Origin: an uncultured bacterium
GTDB taxonomy: Bacteria; Verrucomicrobiota; Verrucomicrobiia; Verrucomicrobiales; DEV007
Assembly: GCA_963977015.1 (NCBI GenBank)
Contig: CAXBMO010000028.1
Span: 20,326-84,325 of the forward strand
Direction of reading: 5' to 3'
Length of the DNA stretch: 64,000 bases
In this document: positions 50,787-61,476 of the stretch, in pieces
How positions within the stretch are numbered: the first letter of the stretch is position 1
Layout of the letters: each line of letters opens with the position of its first letter
The notes under the pieces: model-generated
The model's database searches: none
What the model saw: the letters and a program-made list of their open reading frames with translations, nothing else
Told to the model about the DNA's origin: nothing
Position numbers and translations under genes: made by a program

Positions 50787-51290
50787 GGCTTCGGGCATCC
50801 CTGCCGGGACGCATCCTGGCACCGCGTTTGTTCCGGTGGTTACGCTGCGCTTTACCGACCGGATAGGTTCGGGATGAGCCTCCGGCTCTCTACTCGATCC
50901 TTCCGACCAGCGATGATGGCTGTGACCAAGAGCGGTTGTCTCACGCTTTCAGCGCTCGCAAATGCGGGCATCTTGACCCGGGGCTTTGCTCGCTTGGGCT
51001 CGCGCACCCCGGGCTGGCATGTTCTGGCCTTTCAGGCCAGTGCAACCGAATCACCCGTCGATTCTGGCGGGCAAATCCCAACGGGATTTCGGATGAAAAG
51101 CCCAGTGTTGCCGAAGGCTACGCTGGGTTTACCGGCCCAAGCACGAATCCAATCCTGAAGGGATTGCGGAAGGCTTCGGGCGTCCCTGCCGGGACGCATC
51201 CTGGCACCGCGCTTGGTCCGGTGGTTGCGCTGCGCTTTACCGACCGGCTAGGTTCGGGATGAGCCTCCGGCTCTCTACTCGATCCTTCCG
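50787..51290. repeat. REP mosaic: two 119-bp direct repeats enclosing a third copy of the transposase-flanking element
   Basis: 50787-50905 and 51172-51290 are near-identical; 51074-51168 matches 2761-2856. Confidence 0.85.
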
Positions 51291-51304
51291 GCCAATGGTT
51301 TGGC

Positions 51305-51346
51305 GCTGAAAGCTGAAAGCTGAAAGCTGACCGCTAACCGCTAACC
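51305..51346. repeat. Heptamer tandem repeat
   Basis: (GCTGAAA)3 GCTGACC (GCTAACC)2. Confidence 0.85.
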
Positions 51347-51417
51347 TGACCAAGAAAATCACTTGCCAGACCATCTTCGCTTATTAGTTTCCCTCCTATC
51401 GGTTTGGCAAATCACTC

Positions 51418-51699
51418 ATGAAAACCCTTCTTTTTCTCCTAGTTTTTGGACTCGCTGTGAACTCGTATGCAGGAAGAATCACCGTCAAAGTCGTCCATTC
51501 GGATCAGAGCCCGGCTTCCGGTGCGAAGGTCGTTCTCTCCCTCGACGGTGGCGGCGTCACGAACGCGGTTCGGACGGGTTCCGATGGGAAGGCCACGGTT
51601 TCCTGGAGCAGCAGCGCGGTCTCAGGAAAGGTGATCGTCAATGGATCAACGGTGTTTCGCGGACGACTCCCGGATCACGTCACGGTCAAAAAACCGTAG
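51418..51699 (+). CDS. Small secreted beta-sandwich protein (carboxypeptidase regulatory-like)
   Basis: Signal peptide; PASGAKV...TGSDGKA pattern. Confidence 0.7.
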   Translation: MKTLLFLLVFGLAVNSYAGRITVKVVHSDQSPASGAKVVLSLDGGGVTNAVRTGSDGKATVSWSSSAVSGKVIVNGSTVFRGRLPDHVTVKKP

Positions 51700-51717
51700 C
51701 CAGGGTGGTGCCTGGCT

Positions 51718-52932
51718 CTAGAAAAACCGCCGGGCCGGGACGATCGGACGCGGCCGACAAATGCGCTGAATGCATTCGTCGAAGCTTTCTTCATTGCTGA
51801 GAATTCCGATCTCGACGCGAAGGAAATAAATGGGGACGTCGACCCGCGGCAATCGGGGAAAGCGGACCGAATCCTTCTCCGTCGTCACAATCATGTCGAC
51901 GCCTTGATCGATGCACTCATTGATGAAGCCGAGAACTTCCTGCTCGGTGTAACGGTGGTGATCCGTGTAACGCCGGGTGGAAATGATGCGCGCGCCGAGG
52001 CGCTCAAGCCCTCCCTCAAAGCTCTCGGGAACGGCAATCCCGCTGATGGCGCCAACTTCTTGGCCCTTTAAGATGTCAAGCGGATGCCGCTCCTGCGTGC
52101 CGAGCCGTTCCAGGTACTTGGGCTCATGGGTGCACTCGATGACTTCTGCGGTGCGATTGTGCTTTCGAATCCGCTTGATGAGTTCGTCATTGGGCTCGCC
52201 ATTGCATTTGGTGATGAAGATGTAGCTGGCGCGTTTCAGGTTTTTGGGTGGCTCGCGAAGCGTCCCCCGCGGCAGGAGATGCTCGTTCCCAAACGGTTGA
52301 TAGCGATCAATCAGGACGACGTCGAGGCGATGGCGCAATCGCAGATATTGCAGGCCGTCGTCGAGGATCAGGGTGTCAGCGCCAAACTCGCGAATCGCGT
52401 GCAACCCGCCTTTGACGCGGTCCTTGTCCGTGATGACGACCACGTCGTTGAGGTTCGACGCCAGCATGTAGGGCTCGTCACCCGCCGTTTTGGAATCGAG
52501 GAGGAGCTGCTTGCCATCGTGGACGATCCGGGGCGGGTCGATTTCCGGAGCTTTGCCGGAAAACCGGCGCTGGAGGCGTTTGGTGAGGGGCGGTTTGACG
52601 GATTTGTAGCCGCGGCTCAGGACGGCGACCTTGCGCCCTCCGTCCTGCAACGCACGGGCAAATTTTTCGACCACCGGCGTCTTTCCGGTTCCGCCCACGG
52701 TCAGGTTACCAATGCTGACGACGAGACAGCCGAGATTGCGCTCGCGCATGATCCGGTAGCGATAAAGCCGCAACCGCGCAGAGACGAGACCCTTGTAAAT
52801 CTGCGACATCGACCCCAAAAAGGCTCGCAACGCGGCCGCACGTTTTCCCCTCCGTCGTTCCAGAACGACGTCGATGGCAAACTGTTCCAGGGCTTCCAGC
52901 GTTTCTTTCAATCCAAAACCACCATGTGTCAC
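51718..52932 (-). CDS. lpxK: Tetraacyldisaccharide 4'-kinase
   Basis: [29 protein letters not shown] and LLPRGTLRE. Confidence 0.95.
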   Translation of the reverse strand: MTHGGFGLKETLEALEQFAIDVVLERRRGKRAAALRAFLGSMSQIYKGLVSARLRLYRYRIMRERNLGCLVVSIGNLTVGGTGKTPVVEKFARALQDGGRKVAVLSRGYKSVKPPLTKRLQRRFSGKAPEIDPPRIVHDGKQLLLDSKTAGDEPYMLASNLNDVVVITDKDRVKGGLHAIREFGADTLILDDGLQYLRLRHRLDVVLIDRYQPFGNEHLLPRGTLREPPKNLKRASYIFITKCNGEPNDELIKRIRKHNRTAEVIECTHEPKYLERLGTQERHPLDILKGQEVGAISGIAVPESFEGGLERLGARIISTRRYTDHHRYTEQEVLGFINECIDQGVDMIVTTEKDSVRFPRLPRVDVPIYFLRVEIGILSNEESFDECIQRICRPRPIVPARRFF

Positions 52933-53049
52933 CCTTGACGGAAGACAAGCACCCGGTCGGGGAATTTGATGTCGCGACTTGCTTTTTACGACACAGCACT
53001 GTTGAGAAAGGTTGAAACCTTTTCAAACTCACTCAGCCCCTGATATCCA

Positions 53050-53832
53050 ATGACCCGTTCCGACAATCGCACCCTTGATCAACTCCGCACCATCACGTTT
53101 CAACCTGACATCGCCCCTCACGCCACCGGATCGGTGTTGGTGGGTTTTGGCGATACCCGCGTGATTTGCAGCGCAATGATCGAGGACAAAGTGCCGCGTT
53201 GGATGATGCAGCAGAATGTGCCGGGCGGCTGGCTGACGGCGGAGTACAACATGCTTCCGTATTCCACCCTCGACCGGAAGCAACGCGACATCACGCGAGG
53301 CAAAATCGACGGTCGAAGCAGTGAGATTCAGCGTCTGATCGGGCGTTCGCTGCGCGCGGTGGTCGATCTGAGGGCGCTGGGCCAGCGGACGCTGTGGCTG
53401 GATTGCGATGTGCTCCAGGCCGACGGCGGCACCCGAACCGCTTCAATTACCGGGGGCTGCGTTGCCGCGGCGATTGCGTTCAACCGCCTGATTGATCAGG
53501 GGAAGCTGAAAAAATCGCCCCTCAAGCAATTGGTCGCCGCCGTGAGCGCGGGAATTGTGGAGGATACTGCGATGCTCGACCTGTGCTACGTCGAGGACCG
53601 CGATGCGCAGGTCGATTTCAACATAGTGATGACGGAAGGGCTGGAGTATGTCGAAATGCAGGGATCCGGCGAGGAAGCCGTTTTCACCCATGATCAATTG
53701 CTGGAAATGACCGAGCTTAGTAAAAAAGGCATCCAGGAACTGGTGGAACTGCAGCGACAGGCGATTCGATCCGTCGACGGTGAAGCCAAACCCGACGCCT
53801 TGGAAGGATTGGCCGATCACTTCAAGGGCTGA
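53050..53832 (+). CDS. rph: Ribonuclease PH
   Basis: GWLTAEYNMLP, EIQRLIGRSLR and CDVLQADGGTRTASITG. Confidence 0.97.
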   Translation: MTRSDNRTLDQLRTITFQPDIAPHATGSVLVGFGDTRVICSAMIEDKVPRWMMQQNVPGGWLTAEYNMLPYSTLDRKQRDITRGKIDGRSSEIQRLIGRSLRAVVDLRALGQRTLWLDCDVLQADGGTRTASITGGCVAAAIAFNRLIDQGKLKKSPLKQLVAAVSAGIVEDTAMLDLCYVEDRDAQVDFNIVMTEGLEYVEMQGSGEEAVFTHDQLLEMTELSKKGIQELVELQRQAIRSVDGEAKPDALEGLADHFKG

Positions 53833-53837
53833 GAAGG

Positions 53838-54347
53838 CTACGAGTCCCGATCTTCCAGCTTGGCGACGATGGCATCGTGCATCGTTTTGCAATACGGCAC
53901 CTGCAGCCGTGTGGCGAGGATTTCGCGCGAACGTTCCAGGCTCCCCCACTCCACCACTTCCATAGTCAATTCCTGGCGGCCCCAGGCTTTGACCGCTTCC
54001 AATTCCGGGCGGTAGATGTCGACGACGTCGTTACCGACCAACGCTGAGCCATAGTCCTCGACCACGAATCGCTCCGCATGATCGGTTAGTCGAAAAACGG
54101 TTCCCACCGGGAATCGCGACCAATCCGCAGCGGCTGAATTGTGCTCCTCCTCTGCTTGAAGAGGAGCGCCGGAAGCGGTGACCAAACCCCACTTTTTCTG
54201 ACTTTCAGAAGTGTGGGTGTACGCCGTGGTCTCAATGTTAAGCGTCGCGACGGGCGCTACTTTCTGCCGGCAGGATACGAGCCCGACCAGGCTTCCCACA
54301 GCAAGCAACCCCAATAAAATTTTCGAGTTCATCCGTTTTGCGACCAT
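53838..54347 (-). CDS. 3D-domain lipoprotein
   Basis: LVSC lipobox; TTAYT, AAADWSRFPVGT and VEDYGSAL..VDIY. Confidence 0.8.
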   Translation of the reverse strand: MVAKRMNSKILLGLLAVGSLVGLVSCRQKVAPVATLNIETTAYTHTSESQKKWGLVTASGAPLQAEEEHNSAAADWSRFPVGTVFRLTDHAERFVVEDYGSALVGNDVVDIYRPELEAVKAWGRQELTMEVVEWGSLERSREILATRLQVPYCKTMHDAIVAKLEDRDS

Positions 54348-54354
54348 GAATCTT

Positions 54355-55281
54355 TCAATCGCGCAACGGAAAGTGGACCGTGGTAACGGTTTCGTTTTCC
54401 GGCACATCACCGGGTGCGGTTTCGTAGATTTCAAAGGGATGAATGGATCGGCTTTGCTTGATGAGGCGGTTTCGGCTTCGCATCACCCCGGCCGACCACG
54501 CGTTGCCCAGATACTGGTAGGAGCCCGTGTGCTGAATCGGAAACGTCATGCAACTGGGAATCTCCCCGCTGATGAAGCCTTCGGGAAGCTCGGCCGGAAC
54601 GGACTCGACCGGAACCGCGGACGTGTATTCCACAATCTGCTTCGCCGGTTGCCACTTGTGATACACCGAAAGCATTTTGCCGGCCGGTGTCACCTCATTC
54701 GTGCATACCCAATCCTGGATTTTCCCGAAATCCGCCATCATGTGAGAGCCAATCTCCGGAATCGCACATCGCGTTCGTACACCGACGAACTCAACCCCCT
54801 CAAACGGTGCACTGCCGGGAAACTCCAGTTTGGAAGGAACGACGCCGGTCTCGAGCCGGGCTTTGAGCATTGCCAATCCCCGCTCATAGTCCATCCCAAT
54901 CAGCGCGACCATCATCGACTTCATCCAGAACATGAACATGGGCAATTCGCTGTCCATGCTCCAGGTCAGCCTGGTGCCGCCATCTTCGGTTGCCAAATCA
55001 AAGCGAACATCGGCGAAGGACTTCCAGGGTTTCAAAAAGGTGAGGCGAGATACGATCCACTCGGGCGACTGATCCTTCACGACCTTCATTTCGCCCGCGC
55101 CACAAACCGGTCCATCCCAACTGTAGGCCGCGCCATCCTCCGCATACGTGACTTTGCAGCCGGGATCCGTGATGATCCAGGGAGACCACTCCGGCCATGA
55201 TTGAAAATCCCTGACATGATCGAAAACGACTTCTCGAGGAGAATCCATGACGATCGATTTTTCGACGTGAAATTTGGGCAT
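54355..55281 (-). CDS. SRPBCC plus GyrI-like effector-binding protein
   Basis: DFQSWPEWSPW and IGMDYERGLAMLK; C-terminal HTGSYQYLGNAW and PFEIY. Confidence 0.85.
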   Translation of the reverse strand: MPKFHVEKSIVMDSPREVVFDHVRDFQSWPEWSPWIITDPGCKVTYAEDGAAYSWDGPVCGAGEMKVVKDQSPEWIVSRLTFLKPWKSFADVRFDLATEDGGTRLTWSMDSELPMFMFWMKSMMVALIGMDYERGLAMLKARLETGVVPSKLEFPGSAPFEGVEFVGVRTRCAIPEIGSHMMADFGKIQDWVCTNEVTPAGKMLSVYHKWQPAKQIVEYTSAVPVESVPAELPEGFISGEIPSCMTFPIQHTGSYQYLGNAWSAGVMRSRNRLIKQSRSIHPFEIYETAPGDVPENETVTTVHFPLRD

Positions 55282-55406
55282 GGTCGTGGGTGGTTTGGCT
55301 GGCTGTCAGGATCGAACCTCACCACGGTGAGTCAAACGGAAAGGAATGCGCGGGTCGGATTGCCAACACCCCTCCATCGCATTTGATGGGCAGGACGAAA
55401 CGGGAT

Positions 55407-55422
55407 TGGCACGTTTCCGGCT
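55407..55422 (+). promoter_or_regulatory. Possible sigma-54 promoter of the opg operon
   Basis: TGGCACGTTTCCGGCT: GG-N10-GC with a weak -12 element. Confidence 0.35.
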
Positions 55423-55580
55423 ACAAGCCCTATCAACCAGCCTACGCGACCTGAAAACTGCGCGCGTCCGTTGCAGATTCCAAGCCGCAACCCGAATTTC
55501 CTGTGCAAATAGCCACAACTATCGTGCTTGCAAGTAGCCAGCCTTCGCGTATGGCGCAGTCTGCAAACAATTTGATCATA

Positions 55581-57173
55581 ATGACACGAAAGAACTGGGT
55601 CCTCCTTGGAGTGGCCGCCAGCCTAGCGGTGACGTCCGCAACGGCGCTCTCCCAAGGAATCAACCGGGAGAAGATCGATTCCGAGCGGATTGAGGCGATC
55701 GCCAGCGAAGCCGCCTCGACGCCATTCAAACGGCCGTCAGAAAGTCGACCGATCCCCAAGTCCCTCCAGGACCTCACCTATTCCAATTACCGCCGAATCC
55801 AGTTTCGCCGCGATCAGGCGCCGTGGAAGGAGGACAACCTCAATTTCCATCTCCACTTTTTTCACCCCGGCTACCTCTACCGGGACACCGTCCTGCTGCA
55901 CGAATTCACCAACAGCCACGTTCAGCAGATCCGGTTCCTCAATCACTTGTTTGATTACGCGGACAGCGGAATCGATGGCGATCAATTGCCGGACAAGCTC
56001 GGCTATGCCGGTTTTCGCCTGCTCTATCCGCTCAACCAAACTGAGAACTATGACGAAGTGGCCGTGTTCCAGGGTGCGAGCTACTTCCGGATGCTGGGCG
56101 CGGGACAACAGTATGGCCTCTCTGCGAGGGGACTGGCTCTCAACAGCGGTCGCGGTGATGCGAAGGAGGAGTTTCCGCTTTTCACGCGGTTCTGGATCGG
56201 CAAACCCGTGGGGAAATCGAAAAAGGTTCATCTATACGCCCTGCTGGAAAGCGAAAGTGTCACTGGTGCCTACGAGTTTGTCATTGCTCCCGGCAAAGAA
56301 ACCGTCGCCGACATTCGCGCCACCCTCTACTTTCGCGAAATCCCCAAATCAATCGGGGTCGCGCCCCTCACCAGCATGTTCTGGTTTGGCGAAAACACCC
56401 ATCGCAAGCCGGACGATTTCCGCCCCGAAGTCCACGATTCCGACGGTCTCATGATCCGAAGCGGCAGTGGCGAATGCATTTGGCGTCCGGCGTCGATGGA
56501 CCCGAGTCGCATCCATTTCAATGTCTTCAGCATGAAGGAGGTTCAAGGCTTTGGCCTGTTGCAACGCGACCGCGAACTCTCCAGTTACCACGATCCGGAG
56601 GCCAACTATCATCATCGGCCCAGTGTCTGGATCGAACCGAAAAAAGGGTTCGGTGAGGGCAATGTCGTGCTCGTCGAATTGCCGACGAGCGACGAGACGG
56701 CAGACAACCTGGTCGCCTATTGGGAGCCTGCGGCGAAACCCACGCTCAATGAGCCTTTCCGCCTCGAATACCGGCTGAAATGGTCGGATGCACAGAACCC
56801 GGCCACGGCCGGGGCCATCACCAAATCCACCCGCACCGGGTTGCTCCCGTGGCGCCCGGGCGAACGGCTCATGGTCGTCGATTTTGAGGGGACCTCGCTG
56901 AACGCTCTCTCCCCGGAAAATCCGCCCGAAGCGATCGTGCAGGCGATCGATCCCAAGGTCGCGGAAGTGGCCGACGTCACGGTGCACTACGTGAAGGCCC
57001 TCCAGCAATGGCGACTGACGTTTTTTGTCCGCCCACCGAATTTCACGGCGCCGGAAGGCGGGAATCATACCATGGTTCCGCCCAAACTGGAACGCAGCGC
57101 CGAGTTCCGCGCCTTTCTCAAACAAGGCAAAGACATCCTCACCGAAACATGGACCTACCGGATCGACCCCTAG
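55581..57173 (+). CDS. opgG: Periplasmic glucan biosynthesis protein G/D
   Basis: FQGASYFR, YGLSARGLA, APLTSMF, RPEVHDSDGL and GFGLLQRDR. Confidence 0.92.
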   Translation: MTRKNWVLLGVAASLAVTSATALSQGINREKIDSERIEAIASEAASTPFKRPSESRPIPKSLQDLTYSNYRRIQFRRDQAPWKEDNLNFHLHFFHPGYLYRDTVLLHEFTNSHVQQIRFLNHLFDYADSGIDGDQLPDKLGYAGFRLLYPLNQTENYDEVAVFQGASYFRMLGAGQQYGLSARGLALNSGRGDAKEEFPLFTRFWIGKPVGKSKKVHLYALLESESVTGAYEFVIAPGKETVADIRATLYFREIPKSIGVAPLTSMFWFGENTHRKPDDFRPEVHDSDGLMIRSGSGECIWRPASMDPSRIHFNVFSMKEVQGFGLLQRDRELSSYHDPEANYHHRPSVWIEPKKGFGEGNVVLVELPTSDETADNLVAYWEPAAKPTLNEPFRLEYRLKWSDAQNPATAGAITKSTRTGLLPWRPGERLMVVDFEGTSLNALSPENPPEAIVQAIDPKVAEVADVTVHYVKALQQWRLTFFVRPPNFTAPEGGNHTMVPPKLERSAEFRAFLKQGKDILTETWTYRIDP

Positions 57174-57757
57174 CGGAAGCGGATCCCTACGAGATCCCGG
57201 GCCTCGACGAGCCAAATCACGAAGGATGGGAGCAAGCCTACATGGCAGCCGAGAGCTACTTTTGCGCCCTCGGGATTCAGGACCGGCTTTTGCTGGCTCA
57301 CCTCATCGGTCAGGTTTTGCGCTGCGCCGCCAACCGCATTGCCAACGGCGAAGAGGGTGAACCGGCCCGATTGGCGATGGAGGAAACCCGGCGCGTCATT
57401 TCGACGTGGTTTCAGCGCGTCACCGGCGAGCACCTCCCCGACGACATGATCGAGGCGCAAAGCATTCTGGCGCTTCTGCTCGCCGACATGCCCGGCAAAT
57501 GGCAGCAATGGTTTCTGCGCAACTCCGAGTTTCCGGAGGAGTTTGCCACTCGATTGCGGCAGGCCTATGCCGAGGCTGGTCCACGGTTCCGCATGCGCAC
57601 AATGACGCCGCAAATCCTGGAATTGGGACCGGTCGGCAGCGTGGCCGGCAAGTCGCTCGAGTTTCTCAACCGAGCTCCCCGCTTTGGCCGCCTGGTTGCC
57701 CTCCTGTTTTGGGTTTCTGTGATCGTCTCACTTGGAGCCGTTCTCTGGGGAATCTGA
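57149..57757 (+). CDS. Hypothetical protein with a C-terminal TM helix, between opgG and opgH
   Basis: 202-aa ORF overlapping the opgG end on the same strand. Confidence 0.7.
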   Translation: MDLPDRPLAEADPYEIPGLDEPNHEGWEQAYMAAESYFCALGIQDRLLLAHLIGQVLRCAANRIANGEEGEPARLAMEETRRVISTWFQRVTGEHLPDDMIEAQSILALLLADMPGKWQQWFLRNSEFPEEFATRLRQAYAEAGPRFRMRTMTPQILELGPVGSVAGKSLEFLNRAPRFGRLVALLFWVSVIVSLGAVLWGI

Positions 57758-57787
57758 TTCGCGCCTCACTTTACCCAACTTTTCATC

Positions 57788-59953
57788 ATGAACGGCCCCT
57801 CGCCCTACCCGCCCATTCGCGCCCGAACCGCCCGCCTCGTCATGCTCCTTACCGTCGTTGTGCTCACGACGTTGGGAATCCTCTTGATGACCGATTTCAT
57901 CTTTCGCGTGGGCTTTACTTCGCCGCGTCTCATCTTTCTCATCCTCTTCGGCATCCTCTTTACCCTGGTCACGACCGGATCGGCCCACGCTTTTTGGGGA
58001 TTCTGGGTCCGCCGCACCCGTGGACTGAAATCCCGCATCGTTCGCGCAAGCGAAGAAGTCCCCGACACCAACGTCACCCACGCCGGACGCACCGCCCTCG
58101 TCTTTCCGGTTTATAACGAAGATCCTCAGCGGGTTTTCGCGGGAATCGAAGCCGTGTTTGAAGACCTCAACCTCGTGGACCCAAATCACGATGTGGACAT
58201 CTACATCCTGAGCGACAGCACCAACCCGGACAATTGGGTCAAAGAGGAAATGGCCTGGGTTCAACTCTGCCGTCAGGTCGAGGGATTTGGCCGCATCTTC
58301 TACCGGCGCCGCGCCAAGAACGTCAATCGCAAGGCCGGAAACATCGCGGATTTCTGCACCAAATGGGGCGGCGACTATGCCTACATGATCACGATGGACG
58401 CCGATTCGATCGTGAGCGGAAAGGCCATTCTCCAACTCATTGGCATGATGGATCGCCGCCCGACCGCCGGGTTGATCCAAACCGCGCCACGTCTCTTTGG
58501 CGGGCAATCCTTCTTCGCCCGTGTCCAGCAGTTCGCCGCTCGTTTTTATGGTCCGATTTTCCTGGCGGGCCTAGATTGGTGGCAGGGTGCGGCGGGCAAC
58601 TATTGGGGCCACAATGCGATCATCCGCCTCGCGCCATTCACCGATTACTGCGACCTGCCGGACCTCCCCGGCAAGGAACCCTTTGGCGGCAAGATCCTGA
58701 GCCACGATTTTGTGGAAGCCGCGCTCATGGTCAAAGCCGGTTGGGAAGTTCTCCTCGCCTACGACATTGAAGACAGCTGGGAGGAAGGGCCGCCCTCCCT
58801 CATCGATCACGCCAAGCGAGATCGCCGCTGGATGCAAGGCAACCTTCAGCACACCTGGCTGCTCTTTGCCCGTCGCATCCACAGCTGCAACTGGGTTCAC
58901 CTCTTGATGGGCATTGCCGGCTACCTCAGCTCCTGCATCTGGTTTTGCTTCCTGATGCTCAGCCTCTGGATCGCCTGGCTCGACAAGTCCAGCCGCGTCA
59001 CCCTCTTTCCCGTCGATGGATTTGTCGGAGCCCAGTTGCATCTCGATGTGCGAACCCACGGCCTGATCATCTTTCTCTACACCATCTGCCTCCTCTTCAG
59101 TCCAAAGGTTCTTGCCATCATCGACCTCATCCTCTGCCAGCGCCTCCGGGAGTTCGGCGGGCTCATCCGCGCGCTCATGAGCTCCTTCATCGAGACCCTT
59201 TTCTTCACCTTGATTGCCCCCATCCTGATGCTCTTTCACACGAAGTTCTTCTTCTGGCTCATCGTTGGGCGCAGCGTTAGCTGGAGCACCCAGAATCGCG
59301 AGTCGACCGGCACGAGTTGGGGCGAGGCCGCCCGCACCCACGGCGGACAAACCGTCTTCGGGGCCGTCTTCATTCTCATCTCTCTCTGGCTCGATCCCCA
59401 ACTCTTCTGGTGGATGATTCCCATCAATGCCGGACTCGTCCTCAGCATCCCGCTTTCGGTCTGGAGCAGTAGCGAAAAGCTGGGACGCTGGTTTGCCTCC
59501 CTCGGCTTCTTCCGGACGCCGGAATCCTTTCAACCGGCAAAAGTCCTCACTGAAATCGAACCGGACATCCACAATTTCGATACCTTGCGGTTCATTTTTC
59601 CCGAGGCCGATCACAGCGGCATCACCGCCGCCATTGTCGATCCCTATGTCAATGCCCTCCACGTCACCCTCCTCAAACAACCAACCGTTTCTGAAGCAGG
59701 ACAAGCAAGCGACGACAAAGGGGACCGCCTCATGACGCAAGGCCCCAAGGCCCTGACCCGCGAGGAGACGCTCGAAACACTTTCCGATCCCGACCTGATG
59801 CAGCAGCTCCACCGCCGCGTCTGGTCGCGCAGCTCGGGCAAACACACCGGGTGGTGGCGTTACCACGTCGAAATGTATCGCACCTCCGAATGGATGAAAA
59901 AGCGCTCCTGGATCGCGCCCAACACGGCACGAAGCGGGTCAGGTCCAAGGTAG
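57788..59953 (+). CDS. opgH: Glucans biosynthesis glucosyltransferase H
   Basis: PVYNEDP, ILSDS, RKAGNIADF, DADS, NYWGHNAI, LSHDFVEA and RDRRWMQGNLQH. Confidence 0.96.
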   Translation: MNGPSPYPPIRARTARLVMLLTVVVLTTLGILLMTDFIFRVGFTSPRLIFLILFGILFTLVTTGSAHAFWGFWVRRTRGLKSRIVRASEEVPDTNVTHAGRTALVFPVYNEDPQRVFAGIEAVFEDLNLVDPNHDVDIYILSDSTNPDNWVKEEMAWVQLCRQVEGFGRIFYRRRAKNVNRKAGNIADFCTKWGGDYAYMITMDADSIVSGKAILQLIGMMDRRPTAGLIQTAPRLFGGQSFFARVQQFAARFYGPIFLAGLDWWQGAAGNYWGHNAIIRLAPFTDYCDLPDLPGKEPFGGKILSHDFVEAALMVKAGWEVLLAYDIEDSWEEGPPSLIDHAKRDRRWMQGNLQHTWLLFARRIHSCNWVHLLMGIAGYLSSCIWFCFLMLSLWIAWLDKSSRVTLFPVDGFVGAQLHLDVRTHGLIIFLYTICLLFSPKVLAIIDLILCQRLREFGGLIRALMSSFIETLFFTLIAPILMLFHTKFFFWLIVGRSVSWSTQNRESTGTSWGEAARTHGGQTVFGAVFILISLWLDPQLFWWMIPINAGLVLSIPLSVWSSSEKLGRWFASLGFFRTPESFQPAKVLTEIEPDIHNFDTLRFIFPEADHSGITAAIVDPYVNALHVTLLKQPTVSEAGQASDDKGDRLMTQGPKALTREETLETLSDPDLMQQLHRRVWSRSSGKHTGWWRYHVEMYRTSEWMKKRSWIAPNTARSGSGPR

Positions 59954-60550
59954 GGCGTTTTTAGTAGTGGAGGTTTAGCCAATGCAACGAGGAGATTTGG
60001 GTTCCGGTAAGAACCTGTGAGGGAGCAGAGCGAGCTTGGGGAACGTTTGAAAATGATGACGGCCCCGCAAGTTGTTCCTCTTCTTGGAGGGTTGGCTTCC
60101 CGTGATTTTGAGATGCGGCGCTTGTCCTGACGGGAAATACCCGAAACCGGTAACCAAATGACCACTTTCCGAAAAGCTCCTTGACCACCCCGCATTTCTC
60201 AGATTTTCTCTGTGGCATGATGAGCAGGTTTACCAAGGGAACGCCCTCCCCTCAAAAGCGATCAATCCGGTTTCAAATGTTCCGTGATAGTTTGACAAAT
60301 TGGCAGGGAGAATTCCTCGCAAGCGTTCCGCGTTGACCCACGAATCCCGAACCTTCCTGCCGTTTTCCTGAAAACCAGAATTCACCTCGCACCGCAACCA
60401 AGCTCCCATTCCAGCCCCCCCACATCGCCCAAACCCCGATCATGAAAGGTCAACCACCACCTCCTCCGCTCAATTCTCTCAATACACCATTCTCCCTGCA
60501 CGAATGTTGAATCGAAAAGGATATCCCCAGTTCGCTGAAGAAAATTGGAA

Positions 60551-61471
60551 ATGAGCACCCCAAAGGCATTCGTTTCATATTCGTGGGATGGTGACTCTCA
60601 CAACGAATGGGTCGCCGCATTGGCTACCCAGCTTCGCGGCGACGGGATCGAGACGATGCTTGATCAGTGGCATGCCGTGCCGGGTGACCAGTTACCAGCG
60701 TTCATGGAGAAGGAGATCCGCGAAAACGATTACGTTCTGATAGTCTGTTCTCCCAACTACCGTCTAAAATCGGACGAAAGGAAGGGTGGAGTTGGGTATG
60801 AGGGAGATATTATGACTGCGGAAGTTCACACCCAAGGTAATCACCGAAAGTTTATTCCCATACTTGCCCGCGGATCATGGGATGAATCGGCACCTTCCTG
60901 GCTAAAGGGTAAGTACTATATTGATCTCAGCACTGCTGAGCGAAAAGCAAAGAACTATCCTGATCTTACCGCTACGCTTCTAGGAACCAGAGCTGCTGCG
61001 CCACCTGTGCAACCGGCCAAAAAGAAGGGGATCACAGCCCCTCCAGAACAGGTATCACCAGATGAGCCACTGAAAATTGTTGGAGTAATCGTTGATGAGG
61101 TTACGGAGCCAACTATGGATGGGAATCGCGGATGCGCCTTATACACTGTTCCGTTTCGTCTGAATCGGCGGCCTTCGACGATTTGGTCTGAGATTTTTAT
61201 TCACAGGTGGAATTCCCCTCCTTGTTTTACCTCGATGCATAGGCCGGGCATCGCGTCGGTTTCTGGTGCGAAGATCATCCTAGATGGCACGACGATCGAA
61301 GAAGTGAAAAAGTATCACAGGGAGACCCTGGTTCTCTGTGTTGACTTAGCAAATCAAGAGGAGGCGAAATACCTCGAACGGAAGCGCCGGGAGAAAGACC
61401 GGAAGCGCGAGCAAACAGAGGCCCATCGGAGATCGGTAGAAAATCTAACGGATGATTTGTTCTTCGACTAA
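60551..61471 (+). CDS. TIR/SEFIR-domain protein, integron-type cassette
   Basis: AFVSYSWD, LDQW..PG, VLIVCSPNY, GGVGYE and KFIPIL; preceded by GTTCGCT at 60530 and followed by an attC. Confidence 0.88.
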   Translation: MSTPKAFVSYSWDGDSHNEWVAALATQLRGDGIETMLDQWHAVPGDQLPAFMEKEIRENDYVLIVCSPNYRLKSDERKGGVGYEGDIMTAEVHTQGNHRKFIPILARGSWDESAPSWLKGKYYIDLSTAERKAKNYPDLTATLLGTRAAAPPVQPAKKKGITAPPEQVSPDEPLKIVGVIVDEVTEPTMDGNRGCALYTVPFRLNRRPSTIWSEIFIHRWNSPPCFTSMHRPGIASVSGAKIILDGTTIEEVKKYHRETLVLCVDLANQEEAKYLERKRREKDRKREQTEAHRRSVENLTDDLFFD

Positions 61472-61476
61472 CAAGC

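Noticed and set aside
50787-51290. Possible CRISPR array
   Set aside because: Only two 119-bp repeats with a long structured spacer, and no cas genes.
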